Below, piece after piece: positions 10,685 through 23,728 of a stretch of 64,000 nucleotides of DNA (positions are counted from its first letter, which is position 1; every line of letters starts with the position of its first letter). The stretch is from Neovahlkampfia damariscottae (taxonomy: Eukaryota). The notes below the pieces were generated by a model. That model worked only from the letters and a program-made list of their open reading frames with translations, was not told where the DNA came from and did no database searches. The stretch lies in the NCBI GenBank assembly GCA_016618085.1, contig JABLTG010000001.1:124001-188000 (forward strand), written 5' to 3'. Position numbers and translations under genes: made by a program.

Positions 10685-12760
10685 TTACTGATTTTTTTCA
10701 ATGAAATTAAGTATTTTATCAATTTGTTCATTTTGCTCATTCATTTTTATTTGATGCTCGGAAGTAGTTTTTTTAATTTCCTCGTGTATTTGAGAAGGGG
10801 ATAACTCAATGTTTGAGCCACAACAACTAGATTTTTCTATTCTTTGCTAAATTCAATGACTCCAGTACCAAGTGGTCCAATTAATGATGTAATTAAACCC
10901 GCGGAAGTTATAATGATTAAAATTGTTAGTTCGATTGTCATTTTTGTTATAGTGTAATTTTAATTGAAATTATTTCCCATATAATTAATTGTTGGACCAT
11001 ATATAATTATCCTTTATTTGCAATTTTTACTCCTTCCACTAATGAAGTTAATGGGTCATTTTCAACTTTATTAATTGAATTCTTTTTAATTTTACTTCTT
11101 TTTTCATTCATCTTCATTCTATTTTCATTATAATCATCTTCATAATTTAAAAGATTAACAATTACTTTATTTAAATTATTTGTTAACCTTCTTAATTTTT
11201 TTTATTCAATTTTTTTCTTTTCTTTAAATTCATTTAACAATTTTAATTTTTCCTTTTCTATTTCTTTCCATTCATCATTTATTTGTTCTTTTTCAACTAT
11301 TAATGGTTTGGCATCATCAATTTTTTTAGCTATTTGTGATTTTTCTTCTAGATTTTAAAGGTTTTTTTACTTTTTGTGGACTTTTTTCTGTATTTTTTCC
11401 TATATTTTTTTTTGGTGTTGTTTCTTTTTTAACTTTTTGTGGTGAATTTTTTTTAATGTCTTCTTCTTTGACTCGTAATACTTTAAGTTGCTTATTTAAT
11501 TTAAAAGGATCAAAATTCAAAACTACATATTCATTTTTTATTTTTTTTATTTTTTCTTTTAATTCATCTTCTATTTTAATTAAATTTTAATATTTTTTAT
11601 TATCAACTATATTTTTTATTGATTCATCATAATTTAAAATTAATTTTTGTATTTTCAATATTTCAAAATTTAATTCATCTTTTATTTTTTGAAAAGAATT
11701 TATGTTATTAATATATTCATCTTCTCATTCCTTGTATTTACTATAAACTCCTTGTTAATTAAAAAATGTTTTATTTACTTTTTCATGTTCATTTAATGAC
11801 ATTTTTACTATTTCATCCTCCAATTCCTCATAATTTTTGGCATCCATTCGTTGAATATTCTTTATTTTTTCTAAATTGAAAAGTATTTTATTTTCAAATG
11901 AAGTGTCATCCTCTTTGATGTTGCAACAACCCAAAATTCAGATAAAGTGATGATATGCACCTTGATAAACTCCAAATTTTCTGCCTTCCTCTAATGCTTC
12001 CAATCTTATAAGATTTATATTACCTCTTAATTGATTTATCTCTTGTTGTGATGCTTTAACTATTTTATTTTTTTCTAATTCAAACAGTTGATTAATTTCT
12101 TCTTCACTTAAATCTCTTTTTACTATTTCTCTTAATTCTTCGGCTGTATATTTTTTATTTACATTTGATAGTTCTTGGTTGCTTGTTTGCGTTTCTCTTG
12201 TTGGATTTAAACTCTTTAAATAATCATATGGTGATTTTCCATATAAATTCCAATTGTATAATTTAAATATATAATATTATGTTTGAATTTAATTCATAAA
12301 ATTGTTTCTTTTCCACAACATTTTTACCCACAATCTTACTTGTCCTTTTTTTAAACATTGTGCATATGTTCCTTCAACTTTATTTTTTTAATTCCCATAT
12401 TTCCACATTCTTTTTATATTTATTTATTTTTTCATGTTGTTTAACATTTTGAAATTTTGTAAAACAATTAAAATATTTCCATTTTACTTTTTTGTTCATG
12501 CTTTCAAATATTCTGTCTTTATTTCTTTCATAATATTGTTTTCTGTATTCAACAATATTTTCTGATAATTTAATTTTTAATTTGGAAGATTCTATTATTT
12601 TATTTGTATTAATTATTTTATATATTTTATTTTTTAAGTATATTTTTAAATTAATTTTAACTTATTTGCAATTACAAATTTTGATTTTTTCATTGCAATC
12701 AATGCATTTAATTAAATTTACATGAATAATTTCTATATTTTTATTTTCATACTCCAATTT
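10685..12760 (-). mobile_element. Decayed endogenous virus-like island (virophage/Polinton-like-virus-type small genes), frameshifted
   Basis: Extreme AT content, no introns, same-strand disrupted ORFs: degenerate Zn-finger ORF, GTYAQCLKKGQVRLW fragment, K/E-rich coiled-coil ORF, and a TM+SSCCG micro-protein. Confidence 0.55.
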
Positions 12761-13493
12761 TAAATGGAGAAGCAGCATTTATCAAAGTGTAAACCAATAA
12801 ACTTCCAGGAAGGTTTTATACTAAAAGTGCAACTATCAACAAAAAAAGGGGGATTTTTTTTGCCTTTTCGAAAAAAAAACTCTGACACATCATTTTCATT
12901 TCTTTTCTGGGACCAGTTGAATTGGATTTTAAATGAATCTCACAACACCATTTTGTTCAATGTGAAGGTCGGTCAGCTCTTTTGAAACAAAATTAAAATT
13001 CTTGATTAAAAGATTAATTTTTTTTTTGAAGTTAATTTTTAAATTCAGAAAATAAAATAATCATAATAATTGTAAAAATGAATATATGATCCTTTATGAT
13101 GTTTTCTTTTCTTTTCCATCAAATCATTTTTTCAAAAGTTGATGTGAAATGAACATTCAATTCTTTTGAGTTCAAATATACAATCATTAATGAATATTTA
13201 TACCAAATGATTGTATATTTGATATGATTTCGTGAAAACAATGACATCCAAAAGATAATTCTGAATTTGAATCAAAATGAAGTAAATTGTGATTTTGTTT
13301 TGTTGAGTTTATTTTATTCTTGTGATTCTTTGTTTCATTTGTTGAATGTTTTGTTTGTGCTGTTGAAATAAAAAATCCAAAAAATGTTATCCAATAAAAT
13401 TACAAAACATAAAAATTCGTTTAAAACAACAACAAATGAAAAAGTAACCCACATCAATGAATGATTCACTTTTGGTGTGAAAAAAAAATTTTT

Positions 13494-14435
13494 TTAATAT
13501 TTTGCTTTTAATAAGCTTTTTGTAACTTTTTGTAAAAGTGATTTTGTTGTTCCAAAAATAACTTGTTGATTTTTGACACTAAATCCATTCAATACCAATT
13601 TCCCAGTTAAAGTATGAACACCAGAACCACCTGCTTCTTTTAAAATAATACATCCAGGTGCAGAATCCCAATAACTTGTTTTTCCCTTGAAAAAAAATTA
13701 AAAATACAAAATGTTGTCTTACAGAGAAGTTAATATATAAATCAGCTTTTCCATCAGCAATTTGACAACATTTTAATCCAAATGAACCATGTTGATAAAT
13801 ATTTTTTGGTTTAATACCAACATCATCGACAAATTGTTTTTCAGCTGGAAGTGAATGTGATCTTGATTGAACAACAATACAATCATCAAAATTCTCAGTT
13901 TCTCTACATTTCATTGAAATAGGTTTAGAACCCTAATTTATTAAAATATTATTAAATTTACTTTTTTTTCAATTTTAAAAGCACCAGATCCTTCTGAAGC
14001 AAAATAAAGTAAATCAAGAGTTGGTTGATAAACTACACCCATAACTGGAATTCCATCTTTTGCTAAACCAATCATAACAGACCATTCTCCATTGTTTGAA
14101 ATGAATTCTTTTCAAATTTTAAGAAATCTTCAAGAATTACCTTTTGTTCCGTCAATTGGATCAACATAAAAGACAAATCCTTTTCCTAAATCTTCTGTGA
14201 TTGAATTCACAGATTCTTCACCAATAATTCTATAATTTGGAAATGTATTTTTTAATTTGGTGGTAATAAGTTCGTTTAATTCTTTGTCTGCAATTGTAAC
14301 TTCTGATTTATCAGATTTTGTTTCAATTTGGAGTTCAGTTTTCTTTTTTTCTCTATCTATACAATATTGTAATCCTATTTTACCAGCTTCATAAGCTATG
14401 TCAACTGAGGTTTGAAGTTCTTGTTCGTAACTCAT
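13494..14435 (-). CDS. Inositol monophosphatase family 3'(2'),5'-bisphosphate nucleotidase (CysQ-like), multi-exon
   Basis: Motifs VTIAD, IIGEES, YVDPIDGTK and GSFGLKCCQIADGKADLY; three short GT-AG introns. Confidence 0.88.
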
Positions 14436-14476
14436 GTTCATGCAGAAAAAAAAATTTGACCAATGAAAACACAAAA

Positions 14477-16576
14477 TCATTTTTTTATTTTATTCAACTT
14501 CTCCATTTTCTGAGTTATGGAATCTTTAACAATTTCTTTTTTATTCAAATATTCTTTGTTTTTATCATTTACATCTTGTGATTGCTCAATTTCTTCATCA
14601 ATTTTTGAATAAACATCTGTGTGAAAAAAAAAGTTAGTGAGAATGGGAATCGAACTTGTCAATTCATTCAAGATGTGATACTGTGAAACTTCATCTTTAA
14701 TTTTTTCTGAAAAAGAAAAACTTGTGGAAAAGCATTTTTTCGAAGACACAAAATCATTCATTTGCCAATAAACTTTACCTAAATGAAATAATGTTTGTGC
14801 ACTCAATTGAGTACATTTAATTTCATTATCATTCTTTACCAAACAATTTTTAATGTGATTTCTAAATAGAATTAAAAAAAAATAGTTATTACAATGCTTC
14901 ATTCAATGCATTACTTGAAAAACATAAATTTCCTTTAACCAAAGAAATAGCGCATGACAGACCTAATATTGAATTACATTCTTGTTGTTGATTCATTGAA
15001 TTTAATATATCAAACATCTTATGAATAGTTAATGAATATGTTTTTATACTTTTTCTTTTTGTTGTTGATTCATTGTTGGTATTTCAGATATCATTTGAAA
15101 TATTTGTGCCCATGCTTTTAATTCAATAGAGGCAGTATCATCATTAATAATTTTTTGTAATTTTTTTGTTTCTTTTCCTGTTGAAATATTAAAAATACCA
15201 CAAAGTAAATTCAAGTTATGAACATATTCTTCTTATTTAATAGATCATTTCACTTACGCTCTTGTAAATGTGGATATCTTTCTAATAATTGTTTAGTTTC
15301 ATTAATTGATTTAGTTGCTGATATCCAATCTGATTTCATTAAATTTCCAATAATTTGATATTCCAAAACAAAGAAATCAAAACTCAATAAAATCAAAGTC
15401 TCATTATTTGATTCAGAATTGAATTTATAACCGGAATTAATAAAATTCAATAAAGGTTTAAATCTCTTTTGTATCAACTATAAACTGTAAATGATTGAAT
15501 TCACTTACATTCTTTGTTAAATCAATTTTTTGTTGTGCATTTTTCATTTGACCTGTGCAAGTATAATAAGAAAGACTTAAACAATGTGAGATGATGATCA
15601 TCCAAGTTGGTTTCATCCATTCAAATGCATACTTTGTTTTTGAATCTAATTTCACCAATTGATGTAAATAAAACTCCAAACTTTTGATAGTAACACTTAA
15701 TTCTCGAAATTGATTGATTTGAATTAATCTCATTGATTCAATCATTAAATAATTCACAACAAGATATATCTATTTAAAAAATATTTAAATACATGAATTT
15801 AAAAACCAAATTTGAATCAGTTAGTTGTTTTAATTCTGTTGATATGTTTAATTCAAATTTTTCAAATGTTTCTTTTGATTTCTTGAGGTATTTTTGAGCA
15901 TGATTCATTTGAAATCTTTGTAATGATATTTGTGATGATATTAAACAATAAACTAACTTCATTTTAAAATCATTTCTTTCATGAGCTTCTTCTTCTCCTT
16001 CTGAAATGAAATTAAAAAATGCATCATCGTTTTTGCTGTAATGAAGAGTGGAAATTAATCTTAAACGAAAAAAGTCTTTCCATAATTGTGATAATCTTGG
16101 TTTTCATAAATATTTGTTTTCTTACGATTCTTCAAATCCTTTTTTTAATATTTTTTTGCATAAAATTGGTTCTTGTAAGTTTTGATAGACTTCAGCTAAA
16201 TTAGCATATATTTCCATTCTTAAAGGTTGGTTTTCCTATTTATTTTTTAACAGTTTTCTGTTTTTCTTACGAAACTGATTATTTTCATGCTCTTTTTTTA
16301 AATTTTTAATTTTTTTTGTTTTACTGCGTTTTCCAGATGAAATCTCGCTCTTTCATAATTTATTGTATATTTTATCAATATTTTTGATAAACGAAGTAAT
16401 ATTTTCAATTGAATTTCAGTATGACGAGTAAAATCATAAGTGGATATGCATCCTTCTAATGCAGCAATACATTCCTTTACGTATCCTTTTTGGAGAAGTT
16501 CTTCTGATACACCCATAACAGCTATTGTTTTAATGACGACTTTGGGCTCACCTAAAATTGTTTTTGGGCAGTTCAT
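14477..16576 (-). CDS. MAU2: MAU2/Scc4 cohesin-loader subunit-like TPR protein, multi-exon
   Basis: N-terminus (ELLQKGYVKECIAALE...LRLSKILIKYTINYERARFHLENA) matches the MAU2 N-terminal pattern; helical TPR-like exons follow. Confidence 0.65.
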
Positions 16577-16888
16577 TTTTTTTCTCTATTCACCGCCAAA
16601 ATGTTAGTTTTGTGAGTTGACCAATCAAGTCATGTTGATGAAGAAAAAAATTGTTCAGAATACTAGGACAAGGTGTTTTCATTGTGAATCAATTGAAAGA
16701 TTGTGAATTGATTTTTTTCATCAGATGTTTTCCAAAACAAAACATCAAATTTATGTTTGAAAAGAAAATGAAAAAAAAAATAATGGGTAAAGTGAGTTTC
16801 ATAAATGGAAGAAAATTGAGTTTTATTTTGAACTTTTTTCATTGAACTATTTGATTCGTCCATTTGATACAACAAACCAAAAACAAGA

Positions 16889-17098
16889 ATGAATTTGAGT
16901 GTAAATACAAAACTGACTTTAAGATCTTTATTTTATGGCTTCACCTTTTCTACTGCATTATTTTATGGTTTTTATAAATTCAACGGAGTTCCTTCTGAAA
17001 AAATGCTGAAATTTTTAAAAGAACAAGATGAAACAAATAAACAATTCAAAAAAGAAAAAGAAGAATTAGCAGAAAAAGAGAAAAAAGAAAATAATTAA
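16889..17098 (+). CDS. Small single-TM protein (69 aa) with charged C-terminal tail
   Basis: ATG ORF with one hydrophobic segment then a K/E-rich tail; its stop overlaps the stop of the convergent gene. Confidence 0.55.
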   Translation: MNLSVNTKLTLRSLFYGFTFSTALFYGFYKFNGVPSEKMLKFLKEQDETNKQFKKEKEELAEKEKKENN

Positions 17099-20000
17099 AT
17101 TTTATTTTCAAGCCATTTCAAAGTATTATGAACAATTTTTTCAGATAATTTTGGACATTCAATATTTGAACCTGAAAGTAATTTTTTTGTGTTAGAAACA
17201 TCATAAAGTTTTTCGTTCATATTCGGAAAACCATAAACAAACATCGGAAGTGAAGGATATAGAATGTTTTCTTTTGGTAATTCTTGATTCATTTTTTCAA
17301 ACCATTTTTGAGGTGATAATTGTTCTAAGTTAATTCCATAACTTTCTATTGCATTATATAATTCAACAATGGTGAAATTTGATTCATTTAAATTCACCAA
17401 ATGGAATTTAATTAATTTGAAGGCATTTTCTCTTTCAGTTGTGGTTATATGAACAATTGCTTTGCTTACATAGTCCACAGGTGACATATCAATTGATGAT
17501 TTTCCTTCAGGTACTATTTTCATTTTTGTGATTCCAACTAAAAATCTGATGAACCAATCAATTGTATTTGAACTTCCTAATTCACTTTCTGAAGAAATCA
17601 AACCAGGTCGAAATATTGAAACAGGAACTCCTTTACTACCTGCTTTTTCGATTAATTGCTCTGCTACCCATTTTGATTTTTCATATCCACCCCTAATCAA
17701 TTCAAAATGATTTTCTGGAAATTGTGTCTCTTCATTGATCGTTTGGAAACCATCAGTGACTAAAACTCCAATGGTTGAAATATAATGAACTGGTTTTAAT
17801 TTAAATCCAGTTGCTAATTTCAATATTTCAATTGTTCCAAAGACATTTGCTGGTTTATGATCTTCATATGAATAGATAGAATTGACCAATGAACCATTAT
17901 GATAAATAACATCAATTAAAATTTGGTATCCATTAAATGCTTGTTTTTCCATTCCAAAATTTTCTTTTGATAAATCTCCTGGAACCACTAAAATTCTTGA
18001 TTCGTCATCTTTTGACAATTCAATGTTCATTTTTTTCACATTTTGAAGTATTCTTTGAATCCCAATTTCATTGTTTTTTGAGCGGACTAAACAATGAATT
18101 TTTGTATTTTTGTGTCTACTCAAAAGCTCTTTTAAGAGAAATACACCCAAGAACCCAGTGACACCTGTCAAAAGGATGTTTTTTACATCTTCTACCTTAA
18201 CAATTGTTTTATTATTTGGTAAAGTAATTTGATCAATTAATTTCAAATCTTCTTTATAATTAGATTCTTTTTTCTCCATATTTGATGAAGATTTTATCAA
18301 TTTGATGATGTCTTCCATTGTCATATTTTCATTTGTAAATATACTTGCTTGTAAATCAACTTTCAACTTTTGTTTCAGCAAAGTGGATACTTTAGAAGCT
18401 GTCAATGAATCACCTCCAATCTGTTTGAATGTTGATTCTTTATTTGGTGTTGACATTCCAAGACATGAAAAAATTGATTGGATAATATCATCCTCAGATG
18501 ATTTTTCTTCAAGGTCATCATAAATTTTTCTCATTGGTTTTTTATAGAACTTATTCAATGTAGCTCTTGCAATTTTGTTTGATGATGTCATTTTTCCATT
18601 GTCGCTAGTGAATTTTTCAGTTTCAATAATAATATCAAAAGGGATTTCGTAAGCCGGTTTTTTAGCTTCCAATCCAATATCAGTAATTTCTTGAATTAAT
18701 TTCTTTTTCAAAGTTTCACATTTTGAAAGATCATATCCAAGATCAATATTCTCAGATTTAGCCCATAAATTAACAGTTTCCATTTTTGGAACTACAACTG
18801 CAAGTACAAATGTTGCCAATGAGTCTCCATAAACAAATATTTGATCAATAAACTTGGAATCTAAGTATAATAATTCAAGTGGTTCGGGTGCAACAAACTC
18901 TCCTTGAGCTAATTTGAAAAAACTTTTTTTTCGATCAATGATTGTGTATCTTCCATTTTCATTCAATTGACCAATATCTCCTGTTTTATACCATAATTCA
19001 CCATCAATTTCACAGATCAACTCTTTTGTTTTTTCTTCATCTTTATAATATCCACCAATACAATCTTTTGATTGTACACAAATCTCTCCTCTCGGCGGAG
19101 TACCATTTGCAAAATAGTTTAAATCTGGAACATCAACTAGTTTCACTTTTACACCTTCAAATAAATGTTTGTCATTATCTCCAGAACTGGAAACAAGAAA
19201 TATTGAACCACATTCAGTACTTGCATAACCATTCCAAACACCACATTGTGTGAAACAATCTCTTAAAAATTGAACCACCTCAGGAGCTGTGGGAGCTCCA
19301 CCAACAGTAATTCCTTTGATTCTACGCCCAAATGTTGTTGAAAATTCCCTAAGCACTTCTTTTTCATCAAATTTTTGACCTGATGTTTTCATTAAAGTCA
19401 ATGTTTGTTGATATTCTTTATAAAGGCGATTGAATAGACGAGGTGTTGAGCTCAACATACAAGGTTCAAGTAATTTCAAATCTTCAAAAATTCTTCCAAT
19501 ATCACCTGAGTAAATACCAATTTTTCCTCCATTCATTATGGTAGTTGTCACATTGTTTCTGTCACTTGGATGATCAAGTGGAGAGAAAGATGAACAAACT
19601 AAAGGATGATATCCCCAGTATTCTGTGAGAATCCCTTTTAGATATTTATCCTCCATGATCATTGCTCCTTTTGGATTTCCAGTTGATCCACTTGTATACA
19701 CAATTGTTCTCAAATCGTTTGGTTCAATTGGCACAATATCATGAATATTCTTCTTTCCTAATTTCATTAAATCGGCAAGACACATGAGTTGAACTTTTGA
19801 TTTCTTCAAGAATGCATTTGTTTCATTTGAATATTTCTTAGATAAAGGTTCCATTTGAATTATATATTTCACACTTGGTGTTTGACAACAAGCTTCTATT
19901 AACTTTTCAGTTACCTCTTCAGAACAAACAATAGCGAAACATTCAGCATTATTGATCGTCGAAATTCCACCTGAAAGATCATCAACTAAAAATCTAGTTC

Positions 20001-20855
20001 TTGCAAGAGGAACAGAAACCATTCCATTATAAACACAAGCCCAATCAGTTACAAACCATTCTGTTCTATTAATTGAACAAATTCCAACAAAACCACGTTT
20101 TTTATGAACTTTTGAGTTCAATTTGGTTAAACCACATGCTGTAGCTTGAAGTTGATCCCAAATTTCTTTAAAAGTTTGAAATTTATATTTTCCGATGATT
20201 TTTTGACCTTTGAAATTATTTTTAATTCTTTCACCTAAACAAGGTCTGTCACTGTAATTGGTAAAAGCTCTTTTTAATGTATCAGCTGAAGAATCTCCAG
20301 TGGTTAACCAATGCATGTAACCCTGATGCTTTCTCATTGCTGTTATTTGAAGTTCATGGTTAAATTCATTTTCATGTTCATCTCTCCATTGTTGTTCACT
20401 TTTTTTAATGAAACAAGGATGACAAATATTAAAACTCTCTTGTGTCGGGCATTCTGTGCAATGATAACGGCAAACAAAAACTGATATTTTAACTTGACAT
20501 GATATACAGTTCCAATATGTTTGTTTGTAATAAGCATCGTATTTGCTTGGAAGGTAAAGACTTGAAAAAATGTCTGTCAAAAAAATCTTGTTGTTTACTT
20601 TTTTTCTTTATCATATTTTACATAAGAGTAATAAGATATTGGTATGAATCCTTTTTTATTTGAGTTTGTTTTTCTGGCAATGGCCCAACCGTTGTGACCT
20701 TGAGGATGAAAAAAATGAATTTTGTTTTTACCTTCTTCTTCAATGAAGACCAATTCATTATTATCACAACTCATTTGATTTTTCCCACCTGATTTAAAAT
20801 CAGCAATCATTTTGGCATGGTGCCTCACCAAAAAAGTTGGTGCTTTGTTGGACAT
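17095..20855 (-). CDS. SH3-ZZ-fused carboxylic acid reductase-like enzyme (adenylation-carrier-thioester reductase)
   Basis: A domain YTSGSTGNPKG, GYASTE, YKTGD; carrier FKQIGGDSL; reductase ILLTGVTGFLG and YEKSK; ZZ finger (CISC...RYHCTEC...FNICHPC). SH3 exons join through introns 20699-20731 and 20561-20598. Confidence 0.85.
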
Positions 20856-20993
20856 TCAATTTTGATTGGTAAAAGAAAATCGGAGAATTTAAAAAAAAAT
20901 AGAGTAAAAAAAAAATTCATAAAACTGCAGATTCAATAAAAAAAAATACTCTTTGAACTAGCCAATCATTTCAAGTTTCTATTCAAATTTGTA

Positions 20994-21866
20994 ATGTGGA
21001 GGTCAATTGTCAACAACAAAAAATTTTACTCCACCTTGACCAAAAGATATGATCAATATAACCTGTTTATTTCCAGTCATTTGAATAAAAACAATGTGAA
21101 TGAAGCCATAGATTTATTTACAGAGATGTGCCATAATAACATGGTTCCTACAGACATAAATGCAAGAAAATTAATATCCAAATCAATAAGTCATAACTTT
21201 TCGAGATTAGATTCTATTTTATATTTATTTCATCAAAACAAAATTGAAATAACACCTCAACATTATTTGTTAATTTCAAAGCATTATTTAGCACAGAAAG
21301 AATATGAAAAATTATATCAATTGACTTTATTTTTGATTAATGAACAAAAAACTATTTCTTTTGATGCTTTAAAAGTTTTAATAGAAAAGTTTTTTGTTAA
21401 TGAAAAAGAAAAATCACTTCATCTATTTGATGTGTTAATTGAAAATGACTATGAAATCGAATTTGATATTAAGATGAAATTTATTGATGAATTACTAAAA
21501 TTAAAAGATATAGAAAGATTTGAAAGTATTTTTTCATTAATTCTTGATAAAAATCAAATTGGAAATTTAGATAACCTATGGAGCTTATTACTTTCACATA
21601 ATCAATTAAAGTATATCGAGAAATTATTGAACTATATGATTGAAAGAAAAATAGAACCTGATTCAGTTCTATTATCATCATTTTTATTGATATTGTTGCC
21701 AAAGGAGTCTGAGAAAACAATGAGTTTTGTCGATGAAATGTTTCACCAAGGAATGAACATCAATTCAATCATTTTTGACTCTTTGGAATCTTATTTTTTA
21801 AAAAACAGATCATTTTCTACATTGAATAAATTAAAAAAAATTCGAACTGAACAAGAAAATCAATAA
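20994..21866 (+). CDS. PPR-like helical repeat protein, probably mitochondrial
   Basis: Presequence-like N-terminus; degenerate PPR motifs (EAIDLFTEMCHNNMVP, YMIERKIEPD). Confidence 0.7.
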   Translation: MWRSIVNNKKFYSTLTKRYDQYNLFISSHLNKNNVNEAIDLFTEMCHNNMVPTDINARKLISKSISHNFSRLDSILYLFHQNKIEITPQHYLLISKHYLAQKEYEKLYQLTLFLINEQKTISFDALKVLIEKFFVNEKEKSLHLFDVLIENDYEIEFDIKMKFIDELLKLKDIERFESIFSLILDKNQIGNLDNLWSLLLSHNQLKYIEKLLNYMIERKIEPDSVLLSSFLLILLPKESEKTMSFVDEMFHQGMNINSIIFDSLESYFLKNRSFSTLNKLKKIRTEQENQ

Positions 21867-21883
21867 AAATTTTTATCCAATCA

Positions 21884-23654
21884 ATGATGTTACGAAAAAG
21901 TTTTGGTGTTATATTGATCATTTCACTGTTTCTGGACACCTGTCAATTCAAACAATTTAATATTTATGGATCAGGAAATAATAAAGTAAAACAAAAAAAA
22001 CACCTAACTTTCTTTGAAGAACCATTTGATAACAACAAAAGTTTGAAAAAATTTTTTAATGTTTGAGACAAATTTAAACACAATCAAAACTCCTTTTGGT
22101 GTGTTTGATGATATTGAAGTTGAAATAGCAGGTGGTGGTTTATTTCACACAGTTCTATTATTGTCCAATGGAACAATTTGTACATTAGGTAGTGGATTGG
22201 TAAAATTCTTGAAAATTTAATAAAAAAATGAACAGTATGGTAATCATGGTTTGGGTCATGAAATTATGATTAAATCCGTGACTTGCATCATGAGTAAAAA
22301 AATTATTGATTTTTCATCTGGTGATTATCACAATTTGATCATTGAAGAGGGTGGAAACGTAATGTCATTTGGATGGAATTTTTATGGTCAATTAGGCTTA
22401 AGTGATAATACCAATCGCTTGATTCCAGTTGAAATATCAACAATGAAGAACATTGTAAAAGTAGGTTGCGGAACAGGTTTCACCTTATTATTAAATAAAA
22501 AAGGAATAATACATTCTTGTGGAAAAAATACAGTAACTCCTGTCTATTTTTTAACTTGCATTGAATATTAGGATGGGGAATTAGGTTTAAAATTGTCGTC
22601 TGTTATGGTCACCACTCCACAAAGAATTAACATTACGCAAGAAATCAAAACAATGAGTTGCGGTTTTTATCATTCTTTAATTTTGTTAAAAGACAAAAGG
22701 GTGATGTCTTTTGGTAGAAATCAAGTTTGTTCAATTTTCAATTGACCAATAATTTAGTTTGGTGAATTAGGTTTAGGATTTCGAGATGGAAAAATAAATT
22801 ATCCACACCTCATATCAGGAATTAATAGTGTTGATGATATTTCAGCTGGTAAGGAGATGTCATTGATAATAAGTCAAGGTTTTGTTCTTTCGTTTGGAAA
22901 CAATAAAGTAAGAATATCCTTCATTTATTTTCAACAGGATGGTCAAATAGGGCAAGGATCCGTTGAATATTTGGATATTCCAAATCTAATTCAGTCAACA
23001 AATAATATTGTGAAGATACAATCTGGAGCTGGTGGATCATTCGTATTGGATGAAAAGAAAGTTTTATTTGCATTTGGGAAAAATGAATTTGGTGAATTAG
23101 GGTTGGGAGATTACACATCCAGATTCGTTTCAACTCAGTTGAAAATCCAATCAATTTCGAAAATGAACACTGGAATGGGATCTCAGAACTTTTTGTTTCA
23201 ATGTACCAAAAATTCAACTGAATGCGAATGCCCAAAGGGTTATTTCGGAAGAGATTGTAATTTAATTCAATGTCCAGATAATAATTCAACATTTTGTGCT
23301 TTTAATTCGGGAACATGCATGAATGGTTCTTGTATTTGTAATTCCACTTATTTCGGTCCAAATTGTTATGACACCACATGTTTTGGAAAAATGGAAGATG
23401 ATAAAACCGTTTGCAGTTCCAATGGAATTTGTTCTTCATTTGATCACTGTATTTGCAATGGTCTTTATTATGGAAATAGATGTCAGTTTTTCATACTCAC
23501 TGAAAGAGATATCATTTTGATTGCATTTGGATTTGGTGTGTTAGCTGTTTTGATTTTGATGTCATTTGCTCCATTCTTTTTGTTGAAACCAACATGCTTC
23601 CTAATTCACAAGGTAAGACATCATTTTTTTGAAACAACAAATATGAATAAATAA
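21884..23654 (+). CDS. Type I membrane protein: signal peptide, RCC1 repeats, EGF-like repeats, TM; multi-exon
   Basis: RCC1 motifs (SFGWNFYGQLG, FGKNEFGELG), Cys-rich EGF repeats, C-terminal hydrophobic helix. Confidence 0.85.
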
Positions 23655-23728
23655 AGAATTTTTCATTGAAATTACACCTCAGTATGACCACAAAAGTTGT
23701 ACACGAAAAAAGGAAAAACAAAAAAGAT

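Noticed and set aside
11007..12435. In-frame TAA codons suggesting a TAA=Gln alternative code
   Set aside because: The same region also has frameshifts and TGA/TAG stops, and intact genes in the window end at TAA; decay explains it better.
12764..12990. 73-aa ORF, and short similarities (TTTTCGAAA, TGACAC, GCTCTTTT) to the mini-element end
   Set aside because: Matches are too short for AT-rich DNA; no AGTAGT terminus or TSD was found around the viral-like island.
17528..19253. Several antisense ORFs of 60-103 aa within the CAR-like gene (and similar ones elsewhere)
   Set aside because: Shadow ORFs of long coding regions with no recognisable motifs.
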